A DNA stretch of 63,651 nt, filler included, from Olpidium bornovanus S191 (taxonomy: Eukaryota; Fungi; Olpidiomycota): the NCBI GenBank assembly GCA_017911155.1. It is 29 parts of 29 records of this genome, joined end to end, with 100 filler letters (N's around TTAATTAATTAA, not from the genome) between each part and the next. Parts side by side here need not be neighbours in the genome. Positions count along the whole stretch, not along the records: positions 1 to 2,438 come from JAEFCI010003977.1; positions 2,539 to 5,062 come from JAEFCI010002495.1; positions 5,163 to 6,449 come from JAEFCI010009827.1; positions 6,550 to 8,014 come from JAEFCI010002321.1; positions 8,115 to 10,319 come from JAEFCI010000325.1; positions 10,420 to 13,724 come from JAEFCI010010290.1; 23 more parts are not named here. One strand, written 5' to 3'. Below the pieces are notes generated by a model. The model worked only from the letters and a program-made list of their open reading frames with translations. It searched no databases and was not told where the DNA came from. This document shows positions 1 to 11,151 of this stretch, piece by piece (position 1 is the first letter of the stretch; every line of letters begins with the position of its first letter). Position numbers and translations under genes: made by a program.

Positions 1-971
1 CATGTCGTGGAAGGGATATGCGAGAGGAGGTCAATTTATATACGTCGAGAAGCGTCAAAGAATTCAAAAGCCCGCAACGTCCAAGAGGCGCCAAGCAACG
101 GACACAAAGAAGGACGGAAAGGACACGTCCTGGCTCGCTCACAAGTCTATGTATTACAAAGCAAGCGAGAATACCAAAAGGGGTGACAAGCGTGCCATAT
201 TGGAGGACGTACGCTCCACGTGTTGGCACTTTGGCAGAAGGACTTGCGTCAAGAAGCACAAGGAGGGGCGCACGAGAGTCGCACCAGCCCGAAGGGGGAG
301 TATGTTGAATTCGGGCCTTGCCGTGAGTGCGTGCACACCTGAACTGAGAAGCGGCACCAAGTGGCATTTTGTGGCCACCAGGTGACACCGCCGGAACCCT
401 AACAACCCCCTGACCGAAACCTGGCACGGGGCATGCACCCCTCGGGGGGGTTGTCTGGATACCCCTGAGGAACGCACGGAAGGGCTACCAGGTAACCAAA
501 GAAGGAAGGGCACAATGTGGCGAGAAGAAGCCGGGAGAACAATGGGGAAAACCAAAACAAAGCACCCTCTCACTATAACACCGAGCGGGAGTCCCACAAG
601 GTGGCCGGGGCTCGGGTATAAAAGGCGAAGCTTCCTCGCCCCGGAACCATTTCCCCAAACCTCCTTCGTCCTCTCCTACGTTAGAGTAGACGCGCCTTCC
701 GGTGCTGACACTGTCCGTAGATACTATTATCTGGCCAATATTGGCGGGATGAAATAGAGTGACCTTTTACTACCTTTTGAGGTACTTCGTCTGAGATTGT
801 CTTCCAGGTTCGGCCTTGCGCCTGACGGAAAGGATCTGTAACCTTGGTGCCACGTGTTGACACAAGTGAGCAAGGTGTGTGCGTTGGACGGAGCTCAGCG
901 TTGCCTAATGTCATAGAGCTCTACCCTGTCCATTAATATTTCAACACGTCCGAGACTCTGCACCACAAAGG

Positions 972-1970
972 GTGACTCCCAAAATCGCGGTGGACTTCAT
1001 GCGGCTCGCTGCACAGCAAGTCGAAGTGCGGCATGCCGAGATTGCCACGCTGCGCGGCGCATCCAACACGGGCGAACAACGCGAAACGCCATCAGAACAG
1101 GAGAGAACAGTTACGAAGCCTGTCCGCCCCTTTATGAAGAACTTCACAGGGAAGGACCAGTGTCCGCACGTGCCGCGCAAGTTCATGAAGAACTTTGAGA
1201 AGTACTCTGACCTCATGAAGCTCGAAGGGCGTGAGCGCGACATCGCCTTCAGCGCGATGTTGGAGGACGATGCTGCCATCTGGTATCAGTCCCTCAGGCG
1301 ATAATACGGCTGGGAGGAGGTCAAAGAGGAATTCATCTGCCAATTCCGTGACCCACAGGCCGAGGAGAACGCACGGGCTCAGCTACATAAGTTCGAGCAG
1401 GGCGGCTCGGCAAAGAGGTTCACCGAGGAATTCAAGAGGCTGTCCGCTTGCATTCCGGACCTCACAGAAGCCGACAAGCTTCAAACCTACAAGAGAGGCC
1501 TGAAGCCATCCTTGCATCATGACCTCGCCCTCACGAAGGTCAGGACCTTTGATTAAGCGGTGAAAGAAGCGGAGGAATTGGACGAGATCGCCTTCCAAGA
1601 ACGAAGGCGCGGCAAAAAAACAGACAAAGTTCAACGCGTCCAAGAGAAGATCTGGGATGGTAATTAGATCCGACGGAAAGTCGACGGACGCCAAATATGC
1701 CGAAAAGGAGGAGCTGCGCGCCAAAGGCACGTGTTTCTATTGCAAACAATTGGGGCACATAGCAGTCGCCTGCCCACACAAGCGAAAAAGCTAGAGGGCG
1801 ACGCAGCGCCCGACGGCGCGTCACCCTTCCGACAACCGGCATACGATTCGTTTGACGTCTACATCCCCTTGGACGGGAGTCGGGTGCGGGCCACCGTGGA
1901 CAGCGGAAGCAGTATAGCGCTGGCCTCCCTGGCCTTCGTGAAAAAAATGGATGGAAGACGTTCTGCGGGC
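972..1970 (+). mobile_element. Decayed Ty3/gypsy retrotransposon gag (capsid + CCHC knuckle) and aspartic protease
   Basis: Gag capsid-like text (MLEDDAAIWYQSLRR*YGWEEVKEEFICQFRDPQAEENARAQLHKFEQGGSAKRFTEEFKRL...TFD*AVKEAEELD) with in-frame TAA at 1302 and 1554. A frameshift at the A-run ~1614-1620 leads to knuckle CFYCKQLGHIAVAC (1732-1773), then protease RVRATVDSGS in another frame. No RT follows. Confidence 0.85.
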
Positions 1971-2438
1971 CAAGAACGCGACTTGAGTTTTCCAGCGGCG
2001 ATGCCATTCCCTGGCTTTCCTCCATAATTTTGCGTTGATTTTGCGCCGTTCGGCGCATTTTGGGGGCCATTTGGTGGTTTCTAGTACTCTAGTTCCGATC
2101 GACATGGCAACGAGCGTTGGAGGGGAGCCCCAGACGCTTTTTTATTTTTTTTTTTTTCGTTTACGCAGAGAACCGAGCACCCATTGCACTTCTGCCGAAT
2201 CTCGGACGGCTATTTCTAGGCTCTCACCGCGCTGATTCCCGTTAAAATAGGCTTACGGCAAGGCAGACCTGTTGCAATTATCTTTTGGATGATTGGACAA
2301 AGAATCCCGCGAAAAATTTCCGCAAATAAAAAATTCCTGTTTTCTTCACCCACACGCCCTACCACAGTCCGCATGAGCATCGCGAAAGCGTCCTCCAGTC
2401 AGCTTGAACGCGCAAATTGCGTGACAGGCTGAAGGAGG

Positions 2439-2538
2439 NNNNNNNNNNNNNNNNNNNNNNNNNNNNNNNNNNNNNNNNNNNNTTAATTAATTAANNNNNN
2501 NNNNNNNNNNNNNNNNNNNNNNNNNNNNNNNNNNNNNN
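2439..2538. other. Artificial contig spacer N44-TTAATTAATTAA-N44 (first of 28)
   Basis: An identical 100-nt spacer with stops in all six frames recurs 28 times. Contigs: 1-2438, 2539-5062, 5163-6449, 6550-8014, 8115-10319, 10420-13724, 13825-15785, 15886-16922, 17023-18260, 18361-19656, 19757-21321, 21422-23499, 23600-26216, 26317-29429, 29530-31520, 31621-33360, 33461-35575, 35676-37243, 37344-39176, 39277-40607, 40708-42297, 42398-45809, 45910-52196, 52297-54430, 54531-58033, 58134-59597, 59698-60810, 60911-62512, 62613-63651. Confidence 0.99.
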
Positions 2539-2594
2539 ACATGCAGGCAATCAGCTTGTCCTCGACTTGCGTCATCGTCTTTTCTTTGGTCGCG

Positions 2595-3487
2595 TTAGCA
2601 GCAACCGCTTGTTGTGTTGAATTCCTTCCTCTTCTTATCGTTCTTGTCCTTGCGGGCGGAACGATAGTCCCGGGCCATATGTCCTTTCTTGCCGCAATTG
2701 TAGCATTTGAAGTCCCTGGGCTTTCCAATCTTCGCTTTGGGGTTGGGTGCTTCTCCAGCGCTCCCAGCACCGTGCGTGATTCCTTGCTTTTTCTTCCCGG
2801 ATATCCTCAGGTCACGTAGACCGGCTTCTTGGACAGCATTTAGGTTGTCGACCTTGGGCACCATCATCATAACACGCGTCTTGCGGTCTCCTGATAGGCC
2901 CAGGCGGAATTGTAGTGCCCACAGCCTTTCGTCACGCGGTGATGGCAGTTGCATGAAGAGTGTGTTGAAGGTTTCCACGTATTTTTCCAAGTTGTCCTCA
3001 CATTTCGCTTGCGTCAGCGTCAGGAGGGTCGTCATAGTTGTCTCCAGGTGTTCTATGGGAAAGAATCGGAGAGTGCTTCTCGTAGATCCTTCCAGCTGGT
3101 CCAACGTTGGTGGCTCCCCTTTGGGTGTTCCTTGACATGGGAGAGCCAGAGGATGCTTGCTTGTCCTGAAAGGCCGTGGGTCGCCAGGGCGAGCATTTGT
3201 CCCTCGTTAAGCTCAGCTTGCTCTGCTGTTGTCTCGACCTTGGCGATGAAGTTCATGAACACCGTGGCTCCTCCCGTGCCATTGTATGTTTGGACGGCAG
3301 CTAGCATGGTTCGCGCCAAAAGGTCGCTCGCTCTTGTCCCTGCATAGTTTTGGTCTTCCGCGTGTTGCTCGATAGCAAGATCCTCGATTGTGGCACGGTG
3401 GCCGGCGAGTTGCCGCTGCAGCACTTCAACTTGTCGTTTGAGTGTGGCGTTTTCGGCATCCTTGCCTTGGTCCGCCTCTCGCTTCAC
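2595..3487 (-). mobile_element. Decayed Ty3/gypsy-like gag with zinc knuckle
   Basis: QTYNGTGGATVFMNFIAKVE...WTSWKDLREALSD, frameshift ~3070, then LTLTQAKCEDNLEKYVETFNTL...QFRLGLS and knuckle CYNCGKKGHMARDY (last Cys replaced by Tyr). Confidence 0.8.
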
Positions 3488-3542
3488 CTTTTCCTTATCC
3501 CTTTAAAGAAGAACGGAGTCTACTATCTGCTGAGAGCGGACA

Positions 3543-3572
3543 GACAGCCTTGACAGCCTTGACAGCCTTGAC
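3543..3572. repeat. 9-nt tandem repeat (GACAGCCTT)x3
   Basis: Three perfect copies plus a partial fourth, just upstream of the minus-strand gag. Confidence 0.9.
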
Positions 3573-3877
3573 GTTTGGGAGAGCGCGGAGATGGCCGAGT
3601 CCCGTGAGTGCTGCGCTCCCGGGTTGACGTCCTTCTAGCCACTTGAGGGCTCTGGTGTCGTCTTCCTCTCTGCTTTGCTGGGGTTTCGAGGTCCCCGAAT
3701 AGAGCTTCGGCCTCTTCGTTCTTGCTCTTTACGGTCCTTCTCCAGTGGTTCACCTCCATGGTTGCGTGTTCCATGGTCGCGTGTGGCAAGTATGGCGGTG
3801 TCGTACTTCCTGCTGCCATGGCTGGTACTTCCGCCGCGTTCTCTTTGCCAGGGAGTCTACGGGTGGGGCTCGTAACC

Positions 3878-4309
3878 TGTTAAAGTCAGGCCGGAGGAGA
3901 AGGCGAAGATGCGCCGCGCGGGGATGCGCCGCGGGTCCGCGAGAACGGCGGGAAGGAAGGAGAACTGTATTCGTGGCGTTTGTTTAGTAGTTTCCACTGG
4001 CCCCTTTCTATATGATGGGAACTAGGAATTCTACAAAGGGGCAACGGGTGCGCTCAGTGCGTCTCCGCCCCTGGCGCCCCTTTATTTCCAACAGGGGGAA
4101 GGGGCGGGGAGGCGGTTACCTCGACGGCGATCGTCGTCGCGCGCTCCGCCAGAACCAGTGGGCTTCTCGGCCGCGCCGAGACGCTCACCTTGCGGCCCTC
4201 GCTGTTAAATGTTACAGTTTGGTCGGAACCCCTTAATGTTTTGAGTCCTCTTAACGCGTAAAATCCCTTGTACAATACAACGCCCACCGTGCGGCGAAAA
4301 CCTTCAACA
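3878..4309 (+). mobile_element. Probable 5' LTR of a Ty1/copia element (left boundary uncertain)
   Basis: Ends TTCAACA immediately before a copia-type PBS. TGTTAAA starts are available at 3878 or 4203; no second LTR or TSD is present to fix the boundary. Confidence 0.5.
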
Positions 4310-4321
4310 GGTTATGAGCCC
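4310..4321 (+). other. Primer-binding site GGTTATGAGCCC (half-tRNA-iMet priming)
   Basis: Directly follows ...CAACA. Complementary to the initiator tRNA-Met anticodon arm (GGGCUCAUAACC), as in Drosophila copia and yeast Ty5. Confidence 0.8.
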
Positions 4322-4422
4322 AAGCGGACTTTGAGCTCTTGACGGCTCCCGCAGCTCGCCGCCGCCGCTCTCCGGCGTCCGCTCCGGCACCGTCTGCGCT
4401 TTCGCCGCCGCCGCTTTCCGCA

Positions 4423-4518
4423 GCCGCCATCTTTCCGGCCGCCGCCGCCGCCATCTTTTCGGCCGCCGCAGCCGCCATCTTTTCGGCCGCCGCCGCCGCC
4501 ATCTTTCCGGCCGCCGCT
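4423..4518 (+). repeat. 24-nt tandem array GCCGCCATCTTT(C/T)CGGCCGCCGC(C/A) x4 in copia leader
   Basis: Units start at 4423, 4447, 4471 and 4495. A related 21-nt GCCATC repeat lies at ~4579-4640 and a degenerate copy at ~4678. Confidence 0.9.
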
Positions 4519-4881
4519 CCTGCCATCGAAGCCCTTCGCCTTCTGGCACCCGTAGCTCGGCTTCGCCTCCGCCGCTGCGCCATCGCCGCAGCCGCCACGC
4601 CATCGCCGCAGGCGCCACGCCATTGACGCAGCCGCCGCGCCGCCGCCTTCGCCGCCGCCGCCGCCTTCCGGCCGCCGCCGCCGCATTTTTCCGGCCGCCG
4701 CTGCTGCTTTCGCCAAACACGTCGCCAAAGTTCTCTTTTGACGACACCAACCGCCTGCGATTTTTTTTTTTACCATGCCTCTCGAGGACGAACGCCAACT
4801 CGACGGACAGCCAAGCGCCGCCAAGTCTAGCAGAGGCGCCATCTTCTCCAAGCAACGCTTTCAGAGTGACCTCGATTTTCA

Positions 4882-5062
4882 ATGGCCGCGCCTTCACCGA
4901 CTCCTGTGGTTACCTCTCCATCGGACTGTCAGCACTTGTCACATGCCGAAGAAGTTGAGATCCTCAAGGCCCAAGTCGCCGCCCTTCTCCGTGATAAGGA
5001 ACGTTCAGACCGCGACATTCAGACCGCTTGCTTCGCCAATGCGACAACGCGAACAACGACAA
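4882..5062 (+). mobile_element. Possible start of copia gag (3' truncated by contig end)
   Basis: ATG ORF MAAPSPTP...EEVEILKAQVAALLRDKE (coiled-coil-like) downstream of LTR, PBS and leader. Assigned by position only. Confidence 0.4.
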
Positions 5063-5368
5063 NNNNNNNNNNNNNNNNNNNNNNNNNNNNNNNNNNNNNN
5101 NNNNNNTTAATTAATTAANNNNNNNNNNNNNNNNNNNNNNNNNNNNNNNNNNNNNNNNNNNNCATGGCATAAACCAAAACTACCAGGTGAGATTTTCCCT
5201 GTCCGTCCGCCCTCCCCCGGCCCGCCGCCGCCCGTCACCCTTTTTCTGCAAAAGGGGGAGGGCGATTTGTCGCGCGTTCGCGCAGGCGGGGGATGGTGCG
5301 CCGCAAGCAACGCCACCCGTCCCACTTTTTGGGAGCGTTCGCGACCGGAAACGGAGGTAAGCGTTCGC

Positions 5369-5406
<38 letters not shown>

Positions 5407-5749
5407 CTTTTGGTTGTTTTTCGTCCGCCCCCGAGACGTGCCCGCGCTGGGACAAATTCGCGGCGGCACGAAAAAAAAAAAAAAAAATACAAAAAAACGC
5501 GCAAAAAAAACGTTTTGCCGGTCGATCCGAAATCCCACACCCACCCAGCGCCATGGCGGCGGTCGAATCTTTTTTCTCGTTTGGCGAGTCGCGAGGGAAC
5601 AATAAAACACAGCCACCCCCTTCTCCCCTCCCGGGCGGCCCCTGTAACCCCGCCCCCAAAAAATTAAGCCGCCGGGAGCCCAGAAGCGAGAGATTTTGCT
5701 TCCCCACCCCCCCCCCCCGGGGCGGAAGCGGAGGTAGGGAGGAGAGCCT

Positions 5750-6449
5750 TCAAATGGGTTCCATCTTCGTGAATTTGATGGGGTCGGGCATCCGGAGGTG
5801 GTAATCTACGCGGCGAAAAAGGGAGAGGGAGAAGGGGGGAAAGGGGGGGGGGTGGAGGGTGCAGTCGAGGGAAAAAAGTTTTACCGTGTCGAATCTGGAC
5901 ATTCGCGCGTTTTTGGGGAGCGGGGCCCCCCTCTTTCCCACTCCCAAATGAAGAAAAAAAAAAGCAAGCTTTGCGACGTTCGGAAGACCCACCTCCGTTC
6001 TGGGTGATGTACCTGACCCACGGCAAAGCTTGGTAACCGCTCTTCTCGACGATCTTGAGGTATCGGACGTGGATCCCGGAGACCGTAAAGTAGGGGATTT
6101 CGAACTTCACGGAGATGGGCTGCTTCTTCTCCGTGTCCTCTGTTTATTGAGGTGGCAGAACCGCCAAAACCCGGTCAGGGGAAGGAAGGGGGGAAGAGGT
6201 CAAAAAAATCACATAAAACCGCAAACCGGGCAGGGATAGGCAGGCGGACGGGAGGAAGGGGAGGGAAGGCGGGGGATGGGGCGTTTAACGGCTTCACCGT
6301 TTTTCACGCTGGGCAGCCCGAAGTGAGCCCGCATGACAAATTCCTTTCCGCCCTGGAACTGCTTGATCTTCCAGATGAGCGCGGAGCGCTCCGGAGCGTA
6401 GGAGACGGACCCGATCGTGGCCTTGAACTTGGGAGTGTCGGCGTCATCG
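5750..6449 (-). CDS. APM1: AP-1 adaptor complex mu subunit, 3' part (3 exons: 6449-6298, 6139-5993, 5805-5750)
   Basis: ADTPKFKATIGSVSYAPERSALIWKIKQFQGGKEFVMRAHFGLPSV / KQPISVKFEIPYFTVSGIHVRYLKIVEKSGYQALPWVRYITQNG / DYHLR; GT-AG introns in phase. Confidence 0.95.
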
Positions 6450-6549
6450 NNNNNNNNNNNNNNNNNNNNNNNNNNNNNNNNNNNNNNNNNNNNTTAATTA
6501 ATTAANNNNNNNNNNNNNNNNNNNNNNNNNNNNNNNNNNNNNNNNNNNN

Positions 6550-6629
<80 letters not shown>

Positions 6630-6720
6630 AACCCGCGCCCACAACAACAAACATCCCGCCACCCTAAACAATCCACCCGTACAGAGACAGACAGGAGAAA
6701 GGACAGGAAACCTGCCCGCC

Positions 6721-8014
6721 ATGACCCTCACCGGCGCTCCCGACCTCATCACCTCCCAGCTCGAATGGAACAGGAACCTCGACGTGAACGGGGAGCCCAA
6801 GGCCCTGAGGAAGTGCTCCATTGTCTGCACTATCGGTAAGAAGACGCGCGCCCGCCCGCCACTGGCGCCATTCCGCGTTCTTCCCCCCCCCCCCCTCTCC
6901 GCCGCATATGCTGAACTCCAGCTGCACCCCCCACCCCCCGCCCCCCGCTCCGGCTCGCCCGGCAACAGGTCCCAAGACCAACTCCGTTGAAATGATCTCT
7001 GCTCTCCGCGATGCGGGTATGAACGTGCTCCGCATGAATTTCTCCCACGGGTCCTACGAAGTAAGACGACTCCGTGCGGGCAAAAAGCGTTCGCGCCTGA
7101 CCGAACTGTTTGCCGCGTGGGCTCCTCTTTTTTTTTTCGCGCCACTCCGCACCTGTTGCTGATTCTTGGTAATGCTTGTTATCCTCTCTCCCGCTATCCG
7201 CCCTCGTCGCTCCGAAGTATCACGGGTCCGTTGTCGCGAACGCGCGCGCCTCCAAAGCCAAGAACGGTCGCGTTCTTGCCATCGCCCTGGACACCAAAGG
7301 CCCCGAGATTCGGACAGGCCAGACCGTTGGTGACGTAGAGGTACGCGTTGTCGTTGATGCTTGTTATGTTGCTGCCCCTCACACCGTTGCAGCCGTTGAC
7401 CAGGCCTGTCTGCCGCAGATCCCCATCCCCGCTGGCCACGTAATGACTTTTAGCATGGACGAGAAGCACTTTGCCGCCGGGTCTAAGGAAGTCATGTTCG
7501 TGGACTACAAGAACCTGCCCAAGGTCACTGATGTCGGGAAGCTCATCTTCGTTGACGACGGGATTCTCTCGTTCGAGGTGCTGGAGGTCGGCGCCGATTA
7601 CGTCAAGGTCCGCTCCCAGAACGCGGGCAAACTCGCCTCCAAGAAGGGCGTTAACCTCCCGAACACTGACGTGGACCTCCCCGCCGTCAGCGAGAAAGAC
7701 AAGAAGGACCTCCTTTGGGGCGTCGAGCAGGGCGTTGACATGATCTTTGCCAGCTTCATCCGGCGCGCGGCGGACGTGCATCAGATTCGGTCCGTCTTGG
7801 GTGAGAAGGGAAAGAACATTAAGATTATTGTCAAGATCGAGAATATGCAAGGAGTCAACAACTTTGACGAGATTCTTGAGGCAACTGATGGTGTCATGGT
7901 CGCCCGTGGTGTACGTCATTCTTTTTTCCTGACATCTTGTTTTCTGCTTTCTGAGGCAAGCGCCGTCAGATGCGTGTCAAACACTTCCGCGTTAACGTCG
8001 TTAACTCTTGCAGG
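6721..8014 (+). CDS. PYK1: Pyruvate kinase, 5' part (exons 6721-6835, 6969-7060, 7218-7340, 7419-7910)
   Basis: [61 protein letters not shown] motifs. Confidence 0.97.
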
Positions 8015-8125
8015 NNNNNNNNNNNNNNNNNNNNNNNNNNNNNNNNNNNNNNNNNNNNTTAATTAATTAANNNNNNNNNNNNNNNNNNNNNNNNNNNNNN
8101 NNNNNNNNNNNNNNAGCTCTCCGCA

Positions 8126-10319
8126 TCAGTCAGCCTCGTCCTTGGACCTCCCCTTCCCTTTATCCACCGCGGCCGTCCCAGTCGGCGTCGATCCGGATGA
8201 AATGCCTGAATGTTCTTTATCCGGCGTGTCCCATGCCGTCCACGGCCCGGCCTTTGCGGAGCCTGCTGCTGACAGCGGATCCGCCGGGGGTAACGCCGCA
8301 CTTTCTTCAGGGGCCACAGTCGCCGCACCAGACAACTCTGCGACCCGTTCTGCCACATCTGACGACTCTGCGCCCCGTTCCGCCGCACCTGACGACTCCG
8401 CATCCCGTTCCGTAGCACTCCGTTCCGTTGCACCCGACGCCGTTGACGTCGTCCCTCCTGCACCGGCACCGGCATCCATGGCGCTCAGCGTCCGCACGAT
8501 GGCTGTCATGGTGTTCCATATATGTGAGTCAATGTCCTCAAGCATTCTCAATCGCTCAACGAGGCCATCACGGGTCCGCTCGCCAAGGACGCGGATCTGT
8601 TCTTCCGTCAGCTGCACGTCGGGCGGAAGCCGAGATCCGATAGACGACATCAGGCCCTCCGTCCCTGAAGTCGTAGACGATGGCTGAGACGGCACTGCAC
8701 CCGGCGCGTGACCTTGGGCATCGCCGAACTGTTGCTGAAAAATCATCGTGGCGCCCCCCGGTACGGGCAGCGGAAACAGAGGTATGAGGTGGGGGTGATA
8801 CGGCGGTGGATACGCCGGCGCGGCAGGCTGCGCCTCACCGCCAGCCAACCCTGGCCCGTGTGGCGGGTTCGGCGGCGGAACGCCTTCGCCGGCACCAGCA
8901 GCGAGCGTTGTGCCGTCACCGGCTTGGCCCGTCTGCGTTGCTGGCGACGCTAATGCTGCCGACGGCGATCCCGCTTCTCGCCCGTCTTGCTGCCGACGTT
9001 GCTGCTCCTGCCGCTCCGCAGCCGGTTGCCGTGCTGGGAAATATACAGCAGGGCGAAGCCCCGCGGCCAGCACGGGCGGGCCTCCAGCAACTCCCGGAAA
9101 CCCGGCAGGGACTCCGGCAGGCTGAGCCGCCAAGTGCTCTGGCCGCAACTGAAACGGTCGTTGGCCAGCCGGCGGATTGTTCGCTCGCCCTAGTTGCGCC
9201 CCCCCGCCCGGCCGGTTTGGTGGTTGCGTAGGGGGGATTTCTTCTTGAAGAACCGGCCGCCGGCTGGTGCAAACGTTCCCTCTCGACGGTCAGTTCACGG
9301 GCGGGTCGCGTCATATCTGCCCAATATGCGTCATGTCAGCTCACCATGTTGGACAGCTCTGTTGCCGCTCGAGCCAACTTCTCAGGCAGTGAAAATGGAA
9401 AATATGTCCGCAAGGAAGCTTTTTCGGCGTTTCGCCCCTCAGCGGCGTCGCGGCCGGTCGGTCAGGTCTCGCAAGGTCTGCGTCCGCCGCCAACGCGTTT
9501 GCCGTGGCAGGCGCACCAGCTCTCCGCATTTCCTCCCTGCAGATGATGCATGTCCGATCGGTCATCCTTGCCAGCTCTTCCTCAGTTGCGTCAGGGTACC
9601 GTTCGTTCATGTTGCGCGTTGCACGCCGGTAGCGGACAAGGTCGCGGCACTTGTTCATGAACGACCGCAGCGTGAGATAGACGTCCCGGACGATGTGCAA
9701 TGGGAGCCCGTAGAACGTCAAGATCAGGGAAAAGAAAACCATATAGGTGATGAGCTTAACAAAATCTACGGAGGAAAAACGGACATTTTGTAAGTCTTCC
9801 TCAAGGCTAGCACCCAATAATGCCTGGCACCACCTCCAAATCCAAGTTAAGCTAAAAAAAACGGTACAACATCATACCCGACGCAAGCTCAAGATAAAAT
9901 ACGTAGATCGACTTGTCCTCCCAGGGCTCTTCGGTGCGCATATCAATAACGTGCAGCATATACTTCACCGCTGTCGCAATCACACTGGCAAACAGGATCG
10001 TATACTGTGAAACGGACGGAACAGAGATGTCCGGCGTTAAGTTCAGACCAAGTTCAAACAATGATGCTCAGTTATGTTGCGGGAAGCTGACCTCGAAGCC
10101 AAACATGATCATCATGTTTGGACCCTTTTTGCGATATACATTCACGGCATATGCAGTCAGCAGAGCATCAATGAACCCTAAAAGGTTGAGAAGCGTGACC
10201 ATTCGGATGTGGAAAATTCGGGAGAGCGTCGGCCCTTGTTCCATCTGGGCAGTGTTATGTTCGGCAACAACTCAGCAGCCGCCGGAAAATATAAACGAAT
10301 TCCGCAAAAATCAATCATG
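8126..10319 (-). CDS. HRD1: ERAD E3 ubiquitin ligase HRD1/synoviolin, 5' partial, spliced
   Basis: WEDKSIYVFYLEL, YGLPLHIVRDVYLTLRSF...RRATRNMNERYPDATEEEL, RING-H2 CIICREEM...KKLPCGHIFHFHCLRSWLERQQSCPT, then a low-complexity tail ending TGA at 8126. Confidence 0.95.
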
Positions 10320-11151
10320 NNNNNNNNNNNNNNNNNNNNNNNNNNNNNNNNNNNNNNNNNNNNTTAATTAATTAANNNNNNNNNNNNNNNNNNNNNNNNN
10401 NNNNNNNNNNNNNNNNNNNAGGAGGAAAGGAAAGGCCTTCATTACGCCTTCCAACGCTGTCCAACAATGAACCCGGTGCCCATCAACAACGCCTTCGGCC
10501 GCACCACTTCCGTTTTCCGGCGATTTTCAAAATGCACATGCGATTTTTTGACATTTTCAAAACGTAACGTGCCTGGGTTTGCAGCAAATTTGCCAGGTAA
10601 AGACGTCCCGGTCGGTGACCCTGCAGCACACCGAATCACGCGCTGTTAACTGCTCGAGAGAGGGTCATCGCCTGGGCTAGTTTTGCTTGCCGCAGTGGCG
10701 TACGTGGGCCGGTACGGAATTCGTCGAAGTTTTCCCGGTGATGAAGCATGCACGGTTTGATTCCCGGTCAACTTCCCTGTTCGCCGCGATCTCCTCTGCT
10801 TCGCCAACTTTTTGAGTTCCCGCATGTTTCGTTGGGCTCGTCGTGACAGTTCGAGAAACCGTCTTTTTCTTCCCCCCTTTCTCGTCCCCCTCATCCCCGT
10901 CTTCAAAAGGTCGCTGTCAGCCAGCCTTAATCCATTGCTGTTCGGGCATCCGTCTGTGCCTCCGTTTCTGCCATTCCAAGATAGAGCTTTATTCGCTCGC
11001 AGCTTGACGAGAGAGCGGACCTGAAAACAAAACATCTCCAAACTTTGTCTTCGCCCGCTGAACCGTCTCAGTGAAAACTGCTGCCATCCGAGCTCCAAAG
11101 CTCTTAATACTGTACACTCGGGCTCTCCTCGGCCCCATTCCCACCCCCATT

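Noticed and set aside
1-970. 5' LTR and PBS of the first gypsy element (TATAAAA at 617, palindrome GCCAATATTGGC at 734-745)
   Set aside because: Plausible by position, but no TG...CA boundary, PBS or second copy could be fixed.
1302-1556. TAA/TAG read as Gln (ciliate/aphelid-type code), suggested by in-frame stops in gag ORFs
   Set aside because: Host genes end at TAA or TAG exactly where homologues end (MO25 TAA, PPIL1 TAG), and conserved host ORFs have no internal TAA/TAG. The stops occur in elements that also have frameshifts.
1760-1790. Programmed -1 frameshift between gypsy gag and protease
   Set aside because: The frames differ, but there is no canonical slippery heptamer and the element has other random frameshifts.
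4251-4897. Ala/Gly/Arg-rich ORFs such as MAAAAAEK repeats
   Set aside because: Translations of the GCC-rich copia leader array; no evidence of coding.
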